From NCBI GenBank assembly GCA_963749915.1, contig CAVVOP010000005.1, positions 416,001 through 480,000 of the forward strand: a stretch of 64,000 bases of DNA. The letters are read 5' to 3'. The stretch is from an uncultured cyanobacterium. GTDB lineage: Bacteria > Cyanobacteriota > Cyanobacteriia > Cyanobacteriales > Cyanobacteriaceae. This document shows positions 1 to 11,833 of the stretch, in pieces (within the stretch, counting starts at the first letter, position 1; every line of letters starts with the position of its first letter). The notes under the pieces were generated by a model. That model saw only the letters and a program-made list of their open reading frames with translations, searched no databases and had not been told where the DNA came from. The position numbers and the translations under genes are program-made.

Positions 1-194
1 CCGATGATTTTCGCTAATATTTCTAATACTTTGGAATTATCATAGTTTTTACCCTGAATAAATAAATACCGAAACCTATTTAATACTTGCGTTGGTGACT
101 GGGTTTTGACACATTCTAGCAAGTGATCATAAACACACTGTTCATAGACAGTCATTTCATGGTTATGATGTTCCAATAGAGGGCTGATATTCAC
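1..194 (-). CDS. N-terminal part of a conserved cyanobacterial hypothetical protein, running off the window edge
   Basis: Manual translation from GTG at 194 gives MNISPLLEHHNHEMTVYEQCVYDHLLECVKTQSPTQVLNRFRYLFIQGKNY..., open to position 1. Not in the ORF track. Confidence 0.65.
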   Translation of the reverse strand, partial: MNISPLLEHHNHEMTVYEQCVYDHLLECVKTQSPTQVLNRFRYLFIQGKNYDNSKVLEILAKII

Positions 195-350
195 GGCTTT
201 TCATGATATGGTATATTTTGGTTTACAGTTTCCTTATCTTCTATTTTAAAGCAATTGTAAAGAGTTGCTATCTGTTTAATCACCTAAATTTCAACATCAA
301 TTGTTTTGTTTTTTCTAAGCTAAATTACTGAATCTTTATTGTTATTTTGT

Positions 351-1736
351 ATGAAAGTTTTTGCTAATCTTCAATCTATCCGTGAAATTACTGATGCTAA
401 TGGGGTCAATCTTCCTAGGGATATTCTTGATCAAGAATATAGTGGTATAAATACGGATACTCGCACCCTCCAATCAGGGGAGATTTTTTTGGCTTTAGAT
501 GGAGAGAATTTTAATGGTCATAACTTTCTTAATCAGGCAATAGATGCCGGGGCGATCGCTTTAATAACTCAAGAAAATTATCCTCCCTTAGAGTCAGCAA
601 AAATACCGGAGTTTAAAGTAAAAAATACCCTTCAAGCCTATCAAAATATAGCTCATTGGTGGCGACAAAAGTTAAATATCCCAATCATTGGGGTTACGGG
701 TTCGGTGGGTAAAACTACTACGAAAGAATTAATTACCGCGGTGTTAAATACTCAGGGAAAAGTCTTAAAAACTGAGGCTAATTATAATAATGAAATTGGT
801 GTTCCTAAGACTCTTTTGCAAATAGATGAAACTCACCAATATGCTGTAATTGAAATGGCGATGAGGGCAGAAGGAGAAATTGCTTTATTAACGGAAATTG
901 TTAACCCCAATATCGGAGTAATTACGAATGTGGGAACGGCACATATTGGCCGATTAGGGTCACGGGAAGCTATCGCAAAAGCAAAATGTGAGTTATTAGC
1001 AAAAATGAATAATTCTGGGGTAGCAATTCTGAACGGTGACAATGATTTATTAATAAAAACTGCTTCTGATATTTGGCATGGTGAAACTATTTCCTATGGC
1101 TTAAAATCAGGCAATTTACGGGGGGAATTGGTGGATTCTCAGACTCTCAAAGTTGATCATAAATTATATCCTTTACCTTTACCCGGTGAACATAATGCAC
1201 TTAATTATTTGGGAGCTATCGCTACTGCTAAAGTATTAGATATAGACTTAGCTATTTTAGAGCAAGGCATCGAGGTTATCTTGCCAAAAGGAAGGGCGAA
1301 ACGTCATCAATTAGTCAATGATATAGAGATATTGGACGAAACCTATAATGCCGGTCTAGAGTCTATGATTGCGGCGTTACACCTATTAAAACAAACAGGG
1401 GGTAAACGTCAAATAGCAGTTTTAGGCACTATGAAGGAATTAGGAGAATATGCCTCTCAACTTCATCGACAGGTAGGGGAAAAGGTAAAGGCTTTAAATC
1501 TTGATATGTTGTTAATTTTAGCCGATGAAGAGGTTACAAAGGCGATGGCGGAGGGTACTGCCGGTATCCCTACAGAAATTTACACCTCTCATCAAGATTT
1601 ATTACAGCGTTTACAAGAAATAGTCACTAATGGGGATCGGATCTTATTTAAGGCTTCTAATTCAGTGGGTTTAAGTAAAGTTGTCGATCAATTTATCATT
1701 TTCGAGGAAAACAGATTCTTAGTTACTATGTACTAA
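351..1736 (+). CDS. murF: UDP-N-acetylmuramoyl-tripeptide--D-alanyl-D-alanine ligase
   Basis: DTR..GEIFLAL.GENFNGH, GVTGSVGKTTTKE, NYNNEIGVPKT and DETYNA motifs. ATG at 351 preferred over TTG at 339. Confidence 0.95.
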   Translation: MKVFANLQSIREITDANGVNLPRDILDQEYSGINTDTRTLQSGEIFLALDGENFNGHNFLNQAIDAGAIALITQENYPPLESAKIPEFKVKNTLQAYQNIAHWWRQKLNIPIIGVTGSVGKTTTKELITAVLNTQGKVLKTEANYNNEIGVPKTLLQIDETHQYAVIEMAMRAEGEIALLTEIVNPNIGVITNVGTAHIGRLGSREAIAKAKCELLAKMNNSGVAILNGDNDLLIKTASDIWHGETISYGLKSGNLRGELVDSQTLKVDHKLYPLPLPGEHNALNYLGAIATAKVLDIDLAILEQGIEVILPKGRAKRHQLVNDIEILDETYNAGLESMIAALHLLKQTGGKRQIAVLGTMKELGEYASQLHRQVGEKVKALNLDMLLILADEEVTKAMAEGTAGIPTEIYTSHQDLLQRLQEIVTNGDRILFKASNSVGLSKVVDQFIIFEENRFLVTMY

Positions 1737-1785
1737 AAAAAATCTTGATCCTGGAGAGGCGATCCCTCGGGGTGAAATTTTGGGG

Positions 1786-3222
1786 TTATTGTTCAATTGC
1801 TATATTACCCAAAGGTAAAAATATAGTCAGAATTTCTCCTTTATGAGGTTTTTGTTTAATAGTTAATTTCCCTCCTAAAGCATGAAAAATATTTTTAGTT
1901 ACATCATGACTCAAGGATAAACTACCGGTATCTGGTTGAAACAATAATAATTTACCCAAACATTTAACATGGTCATTGTTAAAATTAGACTCAGATAGAA
2001 ATTGTAATTTTAATTGATTTCCAGCAGGTAAAATTAGAACTTCAAAATTGCCGCCACTGGGTAAATTACGGGTAAATTTTTCCATTAACCCACTTAAAAT
2101 TTGAGTCAAAATTGCTGGATCACTAACAATTTGCGGTAACTTTTGTGGCGTGATAATATCAAGGATAATGTTGCGTCTTTGGGCCTGTTTTTTCCAACAA
2201 GGAATAGTTCTATTTAAAATTTCTTCTAAGGAAGTAGGTACTAACCTAACTTGTTCTTGTTTTCTTGGTTTTGACTCTAATTCTGCCGCCTTGAAAATTA
2301 ATTCCATGCGGTTAATTTGTTCTGTACATTCTTGCTCAATAATTTCTAAATGTTTAACCAAATCTGTAGTTAATTTTGCCCTTTTTATTAGTAATTTAGT
2401 AATAGTTTTGATCGTGGTTAAAGGAGTTCTAACTTCGTGAGTTAACGCTTGTAATAACTCTAATTCAGGATAAGGGGGTAAAGGAGTTTTTTTCAAGGAA
2501 ATACTTTGACTTTGACGATGAATATTATTGACTTTTTCTTCAATCTCTGGTAGAGAAAAATGTTCTAACTCTCTGAGTAAGTAACGAGTAAATTGACTAA
2601 CAATTTTATAATCAGGAATAATTGGAGTAAATTTTGTTACCAACTTGTCTAAATATTCAGCGTGATAATTATGACTAACGATTAGTCTTGTTTTTAATGA
2701 CAACCATGCCTTATTAATAATTTTTGGTGCAAAGGAAAATTGAAATTTTGGTTTATGATGTTTGTCCATTCCCCTAACAATTAAACAAGCAAACAACTCC
2801 GTCAAAACCAAACAAAATTGCTCATTAATTAGACTATCTTTGATACTTAAAGAAACATCAATAAAAGACAACCGAGAAATTGACTTTAATTTATCATTAA
2901 AATCACAAGGCATTAACGCTGTTTTATCAGAATTCGGCAGAGAAAAAACCACCGTTTCTAACTGAGAAACTAATTTTATATCACGAATGATGGGGGTAGG
3001 AGAAGAAATAATGACTCCTCGGATTGATTCATGACTATTTTCATTGGCCCCCATAGTTAAATTTAACAACTTTTCTAAAGAGGCGATCGCTGCATTCCAT
3101 TCCCGTTGCGTTTTAATGGCAATATTGGGAGTATCATGGCTAAAATCTTCTGATTCGTTACCCCAATCATCTTCCATCAAAATCTCGCTTAAATTAATTC
3201 CTAAACAATCAGACAAAGTCAT
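1786..3222 (-). CDS. Sensor histidine kinase with atypical ATPase domain, Hik34-like
   Basis: H-box LTHEVRTPLTTI. The C-terminal domain lacks clear G1/G2 boxes (FQPDTGSLSLS), as recalled for cyanobacterial Hik34. Confidence 0.8.
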   Translation of the reverse strand: MTLSDCLGINLSEILMEDDWGNESEDFSHDTPNIAIKTQREWNAAIASLEKLLNLTMGANENSHESIRGVIISSPTPIIRDIKLVSQLETVVFSLPNSDKTALMPCDFNDKLKSISRLSFIDVSLSIKDSLINEQFCLVLTELFACLIVRGMDKHHKPKFQFSFAPKIINKAWLSLKTRLIVSHNYHAEYLDKLVTKFTPIIPDYKIVSQFTRYLLRELEHFSLPEIEEKVNNIHRQSQSISLKKTPLPPYPELELLQALTHEVRTPLTTIKTITKLLIKRAKLTTDLVKHLEIIEQECTEQINRMELIFKAAELESKPRKQEQVRLVPTSLEEILNRTIPCWKKQAQRRNIILDIITPQKLPQIVSDPAILTQILSGLMEKFTRNLPSGGNFEVLILPAGNQLKLQFLSESNFNNDHVKCLGKLLLFQPDTGSLSLSHDVTKNIFHALGGKLTIKQKPHKGEILTIFLPLGNIAIEQ

Positions 3223-3415
3223 GATTTAACCATTAAAAAATACCTCTAACAATAATTGATGATATCCTGTTTCATAATTTTATTAAAGTGTTATAACCGA
3301 ACCATTAAGATACTGATTTCCGTTAAAATTTGACAATATCAGGACTTACGTATTTAAACAAGATTTTGGTTTTTTAAGGGATCACTTTTTAATCAGAAAT
3401 TAAGGATTTTAGACC

Positions 3416-4270
3416 TTAGTCATGAAATAAGCTTTGGCGCATAATCTCAACGGGTGCGGTTTTTCCTGTCCAAATTTCAAAGGCGATGGCACCTTGTTGC
3501 ACTAACATCTCACTACCATCAATAATAATTGCACCTTGTTTTTGAGCTTGTTGTAAAAATAAAGTAGGACGAGGAGTGTAAATTAAATCGTAGGCGATCG
3601 CTTTTTCTTTGAATAGCTTATTTTGTTCTACTGTTAAGGGGGAATTGTCAATATTCGGATACATTCCGACGGGGGTAGTATTAACAATTAACTCAGTATC
3701 GACAATCAAATCCGTGAGATTCTTGCAACCATAAACGGAAATTTGACAGTTAAGATTACTATTTGCCCAACTATCCTTAAATACTTCTAATTTCTCAGTA
3801 TTTCTTCCTATAACTTTTATTTGCGAGCATCCTAACTGCTCACATCCCACAATTACCGCCCGACTTGCACCCCCAGCGCCTAGAACTACAGGAATAATTT
3901 TTGTCCAATCTCGGTGTAACTCTTTTAAAGGGGCAATAAAACCATCAATATCCGTATTTGTGCCATACCAACCCTCATCCGTCAACCATACCGTATTCAC
4001 TGCACCAATTTTCTTGGCTGTATCAGTGACTTTTGTCAAGAGAGGGATCACATTTTCTTTATGGGGAATAGTCACATTAAAACCCCTTAATTTTATGGCT
4101 CGAAAACCGTTAAAAACTTTTTCTAAATCTTCTTTTTTCACCTCAAAGGGGATATAGACATAATCCAAATTTAACGCCTCGATCGCCGCATTTTGCATCA
4201 CTGGTGACTTTGAATGCTCGATCGGGTCACCAATAATACCTAATAATTTTGTTGTACCTTTTATGTGCAT
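3416..4270 (-). CDS. aroE: Shikimate dehydrogenase
   Basis: HSKSP, GFNVTIPHK, GAVNT, NTD, GAGGA and NTTPVGM motifs. Confidence 0.96.
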   Translation of the reverse strand: MHIKGTTKLLGIIGDPIEHSKSPVMQNAAIEALNLDYVYIPFEVKKEDLEKVFNGFRAIKLRGFNVTIPHKENVIPLLTKVTDTAKKIGAVNTVWLTDEGWYGTNTDIDGFIAPLKELHRDWTKIIPVVLGAGGASRAVIVGCEQLGCSQIKVIGRNTEKLEVFKDSWANSNLNCQISVYGCKNLTDLIVDTELIVNTTPVGMYPNIDNSPLTVEQNKLFKEKAIAYDLIYTPRPTLFLQQAQKQGAIIIDGSEMLVQQGAIAFEIWTGKTAPVEIMRQSLFHD

Positions 4271-4371
4271 ACTTGAAAAAAATAAAAGAATTAGCCATTG
4301 ACAATAATTTATGAAAATTATATTTGATACTTAATACTTAAAAAGTCGCAAAACTTTAGATAGTCGAGATA

Positions 4372-5145
4372 TTATACAATCATAAACTTAGCAGATTCTT
4401 TTAAAAAAATACTATTATAATCTTCTATTCTATCAAACTCAAATTTCCAAATTGAATAAATATTTTCTGATTTAGAAAAGAATAAAGTGACTACTTTTTT
4501 ATTTGTATGGGATTGCCATTGTCTAAAAGGGAAATAAAGTTGTCTGATAATAACATTATCTGTTTTTATATTTTTCCCTTCAATTAAAACGACTTGCTTT
4601 TCTCCCTCATATCCAGCATCTACTTCCGTTTGTACACTTTCAATTATTAATTTGTTATTATTAACCATTATATCGAATTTAGGTGTATATTTTCTTCCTC
4701 TAATTGTTAAGACTAAGCTATCATCTTTCATAAAATTACGAATTAAACTAGAGGCATAAGCATAATCTAAATGTTGCATTTCAGAATCACCAATAAGAGA
4801 AGTATCTAATTTAAAATTAAGATTAGATTTATATTTAATTACTTGTTGTTTAATCTCAGGAATATCAATATATCCTTCTCCTCTTAAAATAGCATATTTT
4901 CCATTTTTAACAGGTAATAAAAATAGCCCTAATTCTTTGAAAATTTCTGGACGACTTTCCCTTGTATCTTGCTTACAAATTATACGAACTTCTTTTTCTC
5001 CTGTTTTGTCAAAATGTTTAGTAACTGACTTGATATTTTGAGCATTAATAAAATATGGAAAAGTAAAATCATGATGGTAAATATCATATTTATCAAAAAT
5101 AGCTTTCCATGCTTTACTAATTGCAGTAATTTCTTGTTTATTCAC
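4372..5145 (-). CDS. Putative type II restriction endonuclease with PD-(D/E)xK fold
   Basis: EVDAGYEG...LIEGK nuclease-like motif; 45 bp downstream of a co-oriented adenine MTase; very AT-rich. Confidence 0.65.
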   Translation of the reverse strand: MNKQEITAISKAWKAIFDKYDIYHHDFTFPYFINAQNIKSVTKHFDKTGEKEVRIICKQDTRESRPEIFKELGLFLLPVKNGKYAILRGEGYIDIPEIKQQVIKYKSNLNFKLDTSLIGDSEMQHLDYAYASSLIRNFMKDDSLVLTIRGRKYTPKFDIMVNNNKLIIESVQTEVDAGYEGEKQVVLIEGKNIKTDNVIIRQLYFPFRQWQSHTNKKVVTLFFSKSENIYSIWKFEFDRIEDYNSIFLKESAKFMIV

Positions 5146-5190
5146 GTTCTTACAAGTTATTATTTATATTCTAAAATTATCAATATTTAG

Positions 5191-6111
5191 TTAAAAATTA
5201 GTAATTAATAACTCAAAAATTTCCCCTCTCTTATTTCCTTTTGAATTTATATTTCTTCTAGCTTTAACTCTCTTTATTTTATAATCTTCATAAAGTTCAT
5301 CAAAAAAATTATTACTAATATCATGATTTTTTACATCAGAGTTACTAAGAATAAAATAATGACCTTGTTTATTTATTTTGTCACAGAATTTTTTTAATCT
5401 TATTTGATCTTTGTCATCAAAGTTTCCTTCTGAATATGAAGTAAAAGAAGATGTCGAATTAATAGGTTTATAAGGTGGATCTAAATAAAAGATAGTTGGG
5501 GATATTGTATATTTGAGTGTTTCTTCAAAATCACCTTGTAAAATTTTGACTTTTTGTAGATAATGATTAACAGATATTAAATTATCCTTATCACAAATAT
5601 TGGGTTTTTTATACTTTCCAAAAGGAACATTAAATTTACCTTTTTTATTTACTCGATATAATCCGTTAAAACAAGTTTTATTCAAAAATAGTAGCAAGGC
5701 TGTTTTTGTTAAATTTGAATAATTGATAGAGTTAAAAATGTCTCTTTTAGTTAAATAAAAATTTTGTTTTTCTTCAAAAGTATTAAAAGTATAATAATTA
5801 GTTTCAATATTTAGCAGTAAATCAATGAGTTCTAAATGTTCTATTTTTATATCTTTATAAGCATCAACTAAATTTTGATTTATATCATTGATGATTATAT
5901 TATTTATTGTCTGAAACTTACTTAAAATATGAAACAAAATTGCACCACCACCGACAAATGGTTCAATATAGGTTAAATTATTTTTTTCTTTTTCTTTGTC
6001 TAAAATAGAATAAATCAATTGATCAATTTCACTAATTAATTGAGTTTTCCCACCCACCCATTTTAAAAAAGGTTTCGGATTTTCTAACCAAATAACACTA
6101 GCTGATGACAT
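5191..6111 (-). CDS. Dam/D12-class N6-adenine DNA methyltransferase
   Basis: KPFLKWVGGK, YIEPFVGGGA, FNGLYRVN..G.FNVPFG, YLDPPY and ELLITN motifs. Start probably ATG 6111 (track gives 6129). Confidence 0.92.
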   Translation of the reverse strand: MSSASVIWLENPKPFLKWVGGKTQLISEIDQLIYSILDKEKEKNNLTYIEPFVGGGAILFHILSKFQTINNIIINDINQNLVDAYKDIKIEHLELIDLLLNIETNYYTFNTFEEKQNFYLTKRDIFNSINYSNLTKTALLLFLNKTCFNGLYRVNKKGKFNVPFGKYKKPNICDKDNLISVNHYLQKVKILQGDFEETLKYTISPTIFYLDPPYKPINSTSSFTSYSEGNFDDKDQIRLKKFCDKINKQGHYFILSNSDVKNHDISNNFFDELYEDYKIKRVKARRNINSKGNKRGEIFELLITNF

Positions 6112-6438
6112 AACTTGGTAAAATATCAAAGATAAAGATTTATGCTTTTATCATATCGGAAAATCGATTTACATTATCTAAAAGAGAAATTAGTTATCAA
6201 AAATGGATTAGAGAAACTGATAGCTTTATTTTTGTGAGGTTAATAGGTTTGATCTAGTATAATAATTTTTAGTTAAAACTATTTAATAAATACGTTATAA
6301 AATATCCAATTAAACTGTTTTAAATCACTTTCGGAAAAATTGAGGATTGCATTTTCAATTTCTTTAACTTTTGTAACATCAAAATCTTATTTAGAGGTAT
6401 CCTCATTGAATTTTCGCATTGAAGGCAAAAAAATATAA

Positions 6439-6459
6439 GATGGGCAATGCCCACCCTAC
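6439..6459 (-). repeat. GTAG-family REP-like palindrome 3' of thiC, possibly acting as terminator
   Basis: Minus strand reads GTAG-GGTGGGCA-T-TGCCCATC, with a T-run shortly after. Confidence 0.65.
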
Positions 6460-6466
6460 AAAGTAA

Positions 6467-7947
<1,481 letters not shown>

Positions 7948-8033
7948 GAAGTAAATTGTATCATTTATTGAGCAGTATCAATTAATTACTAGTTGTTATA
8001 GATAAAACTTCTTGTATATTTAAATGTAAAGTA

Positions 8034-9272
8034 ATGTCAAATTATTATTTAGGATTAGATTTCGGCACGTCGGGTGCAAGGGGAGTTATCATTGATGAAC
8101 AAAAGCAAATTATCCTTAGCCTCAAGGCTTGTGAAGGTAATTATGATCAACCGCAACATTGGCAAAAGGCTTTACACTATTTATTAACTCAAATTCCTGT
8201 CACCATCACTAAACATTTACAAGGGATCGCCATTGATGGAACATCTGGTACGGTGGTCTTATGTGATAGCATCGGTAATCCACTTGATGATCCCCTATGG
8301 TATAACGATAATCGAGGACAAAAATATTTAACGGACATTGCCAAATTCGCCCCAGAAAATCACCCTGTAATTAGTGCAACCTCTAGTTTAGCGAAACTTT
8401 GTTGGTGGTATCAGCAATCCATTTTCACCAAAGCCCATTATTTTCTCCATCAAGCCGACTGGTTAGCTTTTCTGTTACACGGAAAATTAGGTATTAGTGA
8501 CCATCACAACGCCCTCAAATTAGGCTATGACTTAATTAGTTTAGATTATCCTCAATGGTTAAAAAATCAATCTTATTCCTCGATCCTGCCGCAAATAAAG
8601 GCCCCGGGAGAGAATATAGCCAGTATAACCCCAGAAATTAGCAAATTATATGAAATTAATCCTAATTGCATTGTCAAAGCCGGTACAACTGACAGCATCG
8701 CTGCTTTTTTAGCTAGTGGAGTTACTCAACCAGGAGAGGGGGTTACTTCTCTCGGTTCAACTTTAGTGTTAAAACTATTAAGTAAGACGAAAATCGATGA
8801 TAGTCGCTATGGTATCTATAGTCATAAACTCGGCAATTTATGGTTAACAGGCGGTGCTTCCAACACCGGCGGTGCAGTTTTAAAACACTTTTTTACCACG
8901 GAAGAATTAAGTCAATTAAGTTCTCAAATTAACCCTAATTTACCCACTAATTTATCTTATTATCCTCTTTTAAAAAAAGGCGATCGTTTTCCTATTAATA
9001 ATCCCAATTTAGAGCCAAAAATAACTCCACGCCCTGATGATAACGTAATATTTTTACAAGGGTTACTAGAAGGTATTGCCGACATTGAAACAAAAGGCTA
9101 TGAATTATTACAAGAATTAGGGTCAACTCCCCTGACAAAAGTTTATACTGCGGGGGGCGGTGCAAAAAATGAAACTTGGCGTTATTTACGAGAAAAAAGA
9201 TTAAAAGTAGATGTAAGGATCTCACCCCAAACTGAAGCCGCTTACGGAAGTGCCCTGTTGGCAAATTGTTAA
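8034..9272 (+). CDS. FGGY-family carbohydrate kinase (D-ribulokinase-like)
   Basis: LGLDFGTSGAR, IDGTSGT, GTTDSIAA, SLGSTL and TAGGGAKN motifs. Confidence 0.9.
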   Translation: MSNYYLGLDFGTSGARGVIIDEQKQIILSLKACEGNYDQPQHWQKALHYLLTQIPVTITKHLQGIAIDGTSGTVVLCDSIGNPLDDPLWYNDNRGQKYLTDIAKFAPENHPVISATSSLAKLCWWYQQSIFTKAHYFLHQADWLAFLLHGKLGISDHHNALKLGYDLISLDYPQWLKNQSYSSILPQIKAPGENIASITPEISKLYEINPNCIVKAGTTDSIAAFLASGVTQPGEGVTSLGSTLVLKLLSKTKIDDSRYGIYSHKLGNLWLTGGASNTGGAVLKHFFTTEELSQLSSQINPNLPTNLSYYPLLKKGDRFPINNPNLEPKITPRPDDNVIFLQGLLEGIADIETKGYELLQELGSTPLTKVYTAGGGAKNETWRYLREKRLKVDVRISPQTEAAYGSALLANC

Positions 9273-9358
9273 TTGTTAATGTCAGTGAGCAATTCCTCCC
9301 TAACCTTAGTGGTCGGTCAAGTTTGAATTGAGGAAAAGTAATAAGCTCCTAAATTAAA

Positions 9359-10462
9359 TTAATCAGGAAGTTGCATTTGTTCAAGATTACGTATTGATAT
9401 TATAAACAAAACACCGCCAATTAAGCTTATAATCAGAGGCACATACCAAACCCCTGCCCAACCCGTACCCCGAACAAAAGCATCGCGAGTAATTAAGATA
9501 TAGTAACGAGCGGGGATAATGTTAGAAATTAGAGATAGGGGAAAAGGGATATTTTCTAGACGATAGATAAAACCAGAGAGTAAAAAAGCAGTTAAAAAAC
9601 CCATGATAGCAGTTCCTTGAACAGCAGCAGTTTGATTGCTGGCACGAGTTCCCACTAACAACCCAAAAGAAACACTAGCAGCTAAAAAAGTTAAAGTTCC
9701 GATAATTAAAGGGGTCGGTTCGACTTGTAAGCGAAGTCCAAATAAAATAATGCTGACACTCATAACTACTAGAGCTTCGCTTAATGCCACTAATAAATAT
9801 GCCAAGCCCTTACCCAATAACCATTCCCTGGCACTGAGATCAGAAGCATATACTTGAATAATTGTACCTTGTTCCTTTTCTCGTACCATGGCGATCGCCG
9901 TTAACATTGAAGGAAAGACCCACAAAATTACTCCATAAATTCCGGGCACAATATATAAAGATTCTTTTCTACCCGGATTAAACCAAAGACGGGTTTTAGT
10001 TGTTACTTTTTGGGTACTTGACTGAAGATTATTCTCCTCTGAAAAGAAGTTAGTCGTAGCCCGAATACTGTTTTGAATCACCCTAGCGTTATTGACATCT
10101 GTTCCATCTACCAATACTTGCACGGCAACAGATTTGTTTGATTTAATCTGACGGGAAAAATCTGGGGGAATCACTACCACTGCTTTAGCCAATCCACGAT
10201 CAATCACTGTTGTCGGAGAAGAAGTTAGTATTGGTGCAGGAATGAATTGATTGGTAGCATACAGTCTTTCTACATAAGTGCGACTGAGAAAGCTATTATC
10301 GAAATCCTGGATGCTTAGAGGAATATTTTTCGTCTCTAAACGGATCGCATAACCGTAGATAAGCAACATTCCTAAAGGCAAAATTAGGGCCAAAGCTACC
10401 GTTAAGCGATCGCGCCTGAATTGATTTAGTTCTTTAAGACATTGAGTTAAAATTCTGTTCAT
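9359..10462 (-). CDS. ABC-2 type transporter permease (YbhR/S-like)
   Basis: KELNQFRRD, VDGTD, FNP and VREKEQGT motifs; multiple TM segments. Confidence 0.9.
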   Translation of the reverse strand: MNRILTQCLKELNQFRRDRLTVALALILPLGMLLIYGYAIRLETKNIPLSIQDFDNSFLSRTYVERLYATNQFIPAPILTSSPTTVIDRGLAKAVVVIPPDFSRQIKSNKSVAVQVLVDGTDVNNARVIQNSIRATTNFFSEENNLQSSTQKVTTKTRLWFNPGRKESLYIVPGIYGVILWVFPSMLTAIAMVREKEQGTIIQVYASDLSAREWLLGKGLAYLLVALSEALVVMSVSIILFGLRLQVEPTPLIIGTLTFLAASVSFGLLVGTRASNQTAAVQGTAIMGFLTAFLLSGFIYRLENIPFPLSLISNIIPARYYILITRDAFVRGTGWAGVWYVPLIISLIGGVLFIISIRNLEQMQLPD

Positions 10463-10713
10463 GATTTCTAGCGGCGGTATAATAATTGTTAAAAACCTAC
10501 ACCTGTGAGCATAGAAAAAATCAGAATGCTACTTTTCTATCATACTCTCATCCCACAGATTTTTGTTCCACGACCCCCACAGTTATTTGATGCACGACCA
10601 TTCATTCCTACGACTCAAAACTAGCATTAAAACTTAAAGATATGTTAAATTTTATTTAGCAAGTAGTAAATTCACAATGATGGTTGTGGATGTCCTGCAT
10701 TGCTACAACGTCA

Positions 10714-10722
10714 TGATATAAT
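10714..10722 (+). promoter_or_regulatory. Extended -10 promoter element, probably for petB
   Basis: TG-A-TATAAT about 175 nt upstream of the petB ATG. Confidence 0.55.
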
Positions 10723-10897
10723 ACCATTGACTGACTGTAACCATAAGTCTTCAACAAAACTGAGATTTATAGTTATTAAACGGTAAGACTAACCGTAATA
10801 GCTGAAAAGCAAAAATCTCTTACTAATGGTGAGAGAATGTCTCCAAATATTGATTTTAAAAATCACAGTACATAATAATTCCTGAGTTCACGGCTTA

Positions 10898-11566
10898 ATG
10901 TTTACTAGACAAGTAACTGATTCTCCTGTTTATAAATGGTTCAACGATCGCCTAGAAGTAGACGCGATCTCCGATGATATTAGTAGCAAATATGTTCCTC
11001 CCCACGTCAATATTTTTTATTGCTTAGGCGGAATTACCCTAACTTGCTTCTTGATTCAGTTTGCCACCGGGTTTGCAATGACTTTTTCTTACAAACCCAC
11101 CGTTGCCGAAGCTTTTTCTTCCGTTCAATACATCATGAATGAAGTTAGCTTCGGCTGGTTAATTCGTTCTATCCATCGCTGGTCAGCCAGTATGATGGTC
11201 TTAATGTTAATTCTCCATGTGTTCCGTGTCTATTTAACTGGTGGTTTCAAAAAACCCCGTGAGTTGACTTGGATCGTGGGGGTAACTATGGCAGTAATTA
11301 CCGTTTCCTTCGGTGTAACTGGTTACTCCTTGCCTTGGGATCAAGTAGGTTATTGGGCGGTTAAAATCGTTTCCGGCGTCCCTGCGGCTATTCCCGTAGT
11401 AGGGGATCAAATGGTAGAACTTTTAAGAGGTGGTGCCAGTGTCGGTCAGGCGACCTTAACTCGTTTCTACACCATCCACACCTTTGTTTTACCTTGGTTA
11501 ATGGCAGTATTCATGTTATTACACTTCCTCTTAATCCGTAAACAGGGTATTTCCGGTCCTTTGTAA
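10898..11566 (+). CDS. petB: Cytochrome b6
   Basis: [32 protein letters not shown] and [10 protein letters not shown] motifs. Confidence 0.99.
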   Translation: MFTRQVTDSPVYKWFNDRLEVDAISDDISSKYVPPHVNIFYCLGGITLTCFLIQFATGFAMTFSYKPTVAEAFSSVQYIMNEVSFGWLIRSIHRWSASMMVLMLILHVFRVYLTGGFKKPRELTWIVGVTMAVITVSFGVTGYSLPWDQVGYWAVKIVSGVPAAIPVVGDQMVELLRGGASVGQATLTRFYTIHTFVLPWLMAVFMLLHFLLIRKQGISGPL

Positions 11567-11617
11567 ATTGTCACATAATCCATGGGTGATAAGTAAAAAC
11601 TTATCGTCTTTTACATT

Positions 11618-11833
11618 TAACCTCTATTGTGTTACAAAACATGACAGAGATATAAATGCGGCAATTAATATAAGAGATGAAGGAATACGAATATTAAAGA
11701 CCTCTGGAACGGGGGATAAAGCCTGTCGCCTAACCGTAAGTCGTAGTAATAGAGGACGCAAGAAATCTACTACGACGCCAGTTACTGGGCAGGAAGCCTA
11801 CACTTTACCGCCAGGTCAGTGTGGGTAGTTCAT
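11618..11833 (+). mobile_element. IS200/IS605-family (IS1341-like) tnpB 3' remnant with right end and omega/reRNA region
   Basis: Translates as C...HDRDINAAINIRDEGIRIL (TnpB RuvC-III) and ends GAAGCCTACACT...AGTGTGGGTAGTTCAT. The left boundary is approximate. Confidence 0.85.

Noticed and set aside
11568..11828. 86-aa ORF between petB and petD as a real gene
   Set aside because: It is a chimera of spacer sequence and a tnpB tail with a TTG start, and lacks most of the nuclease.
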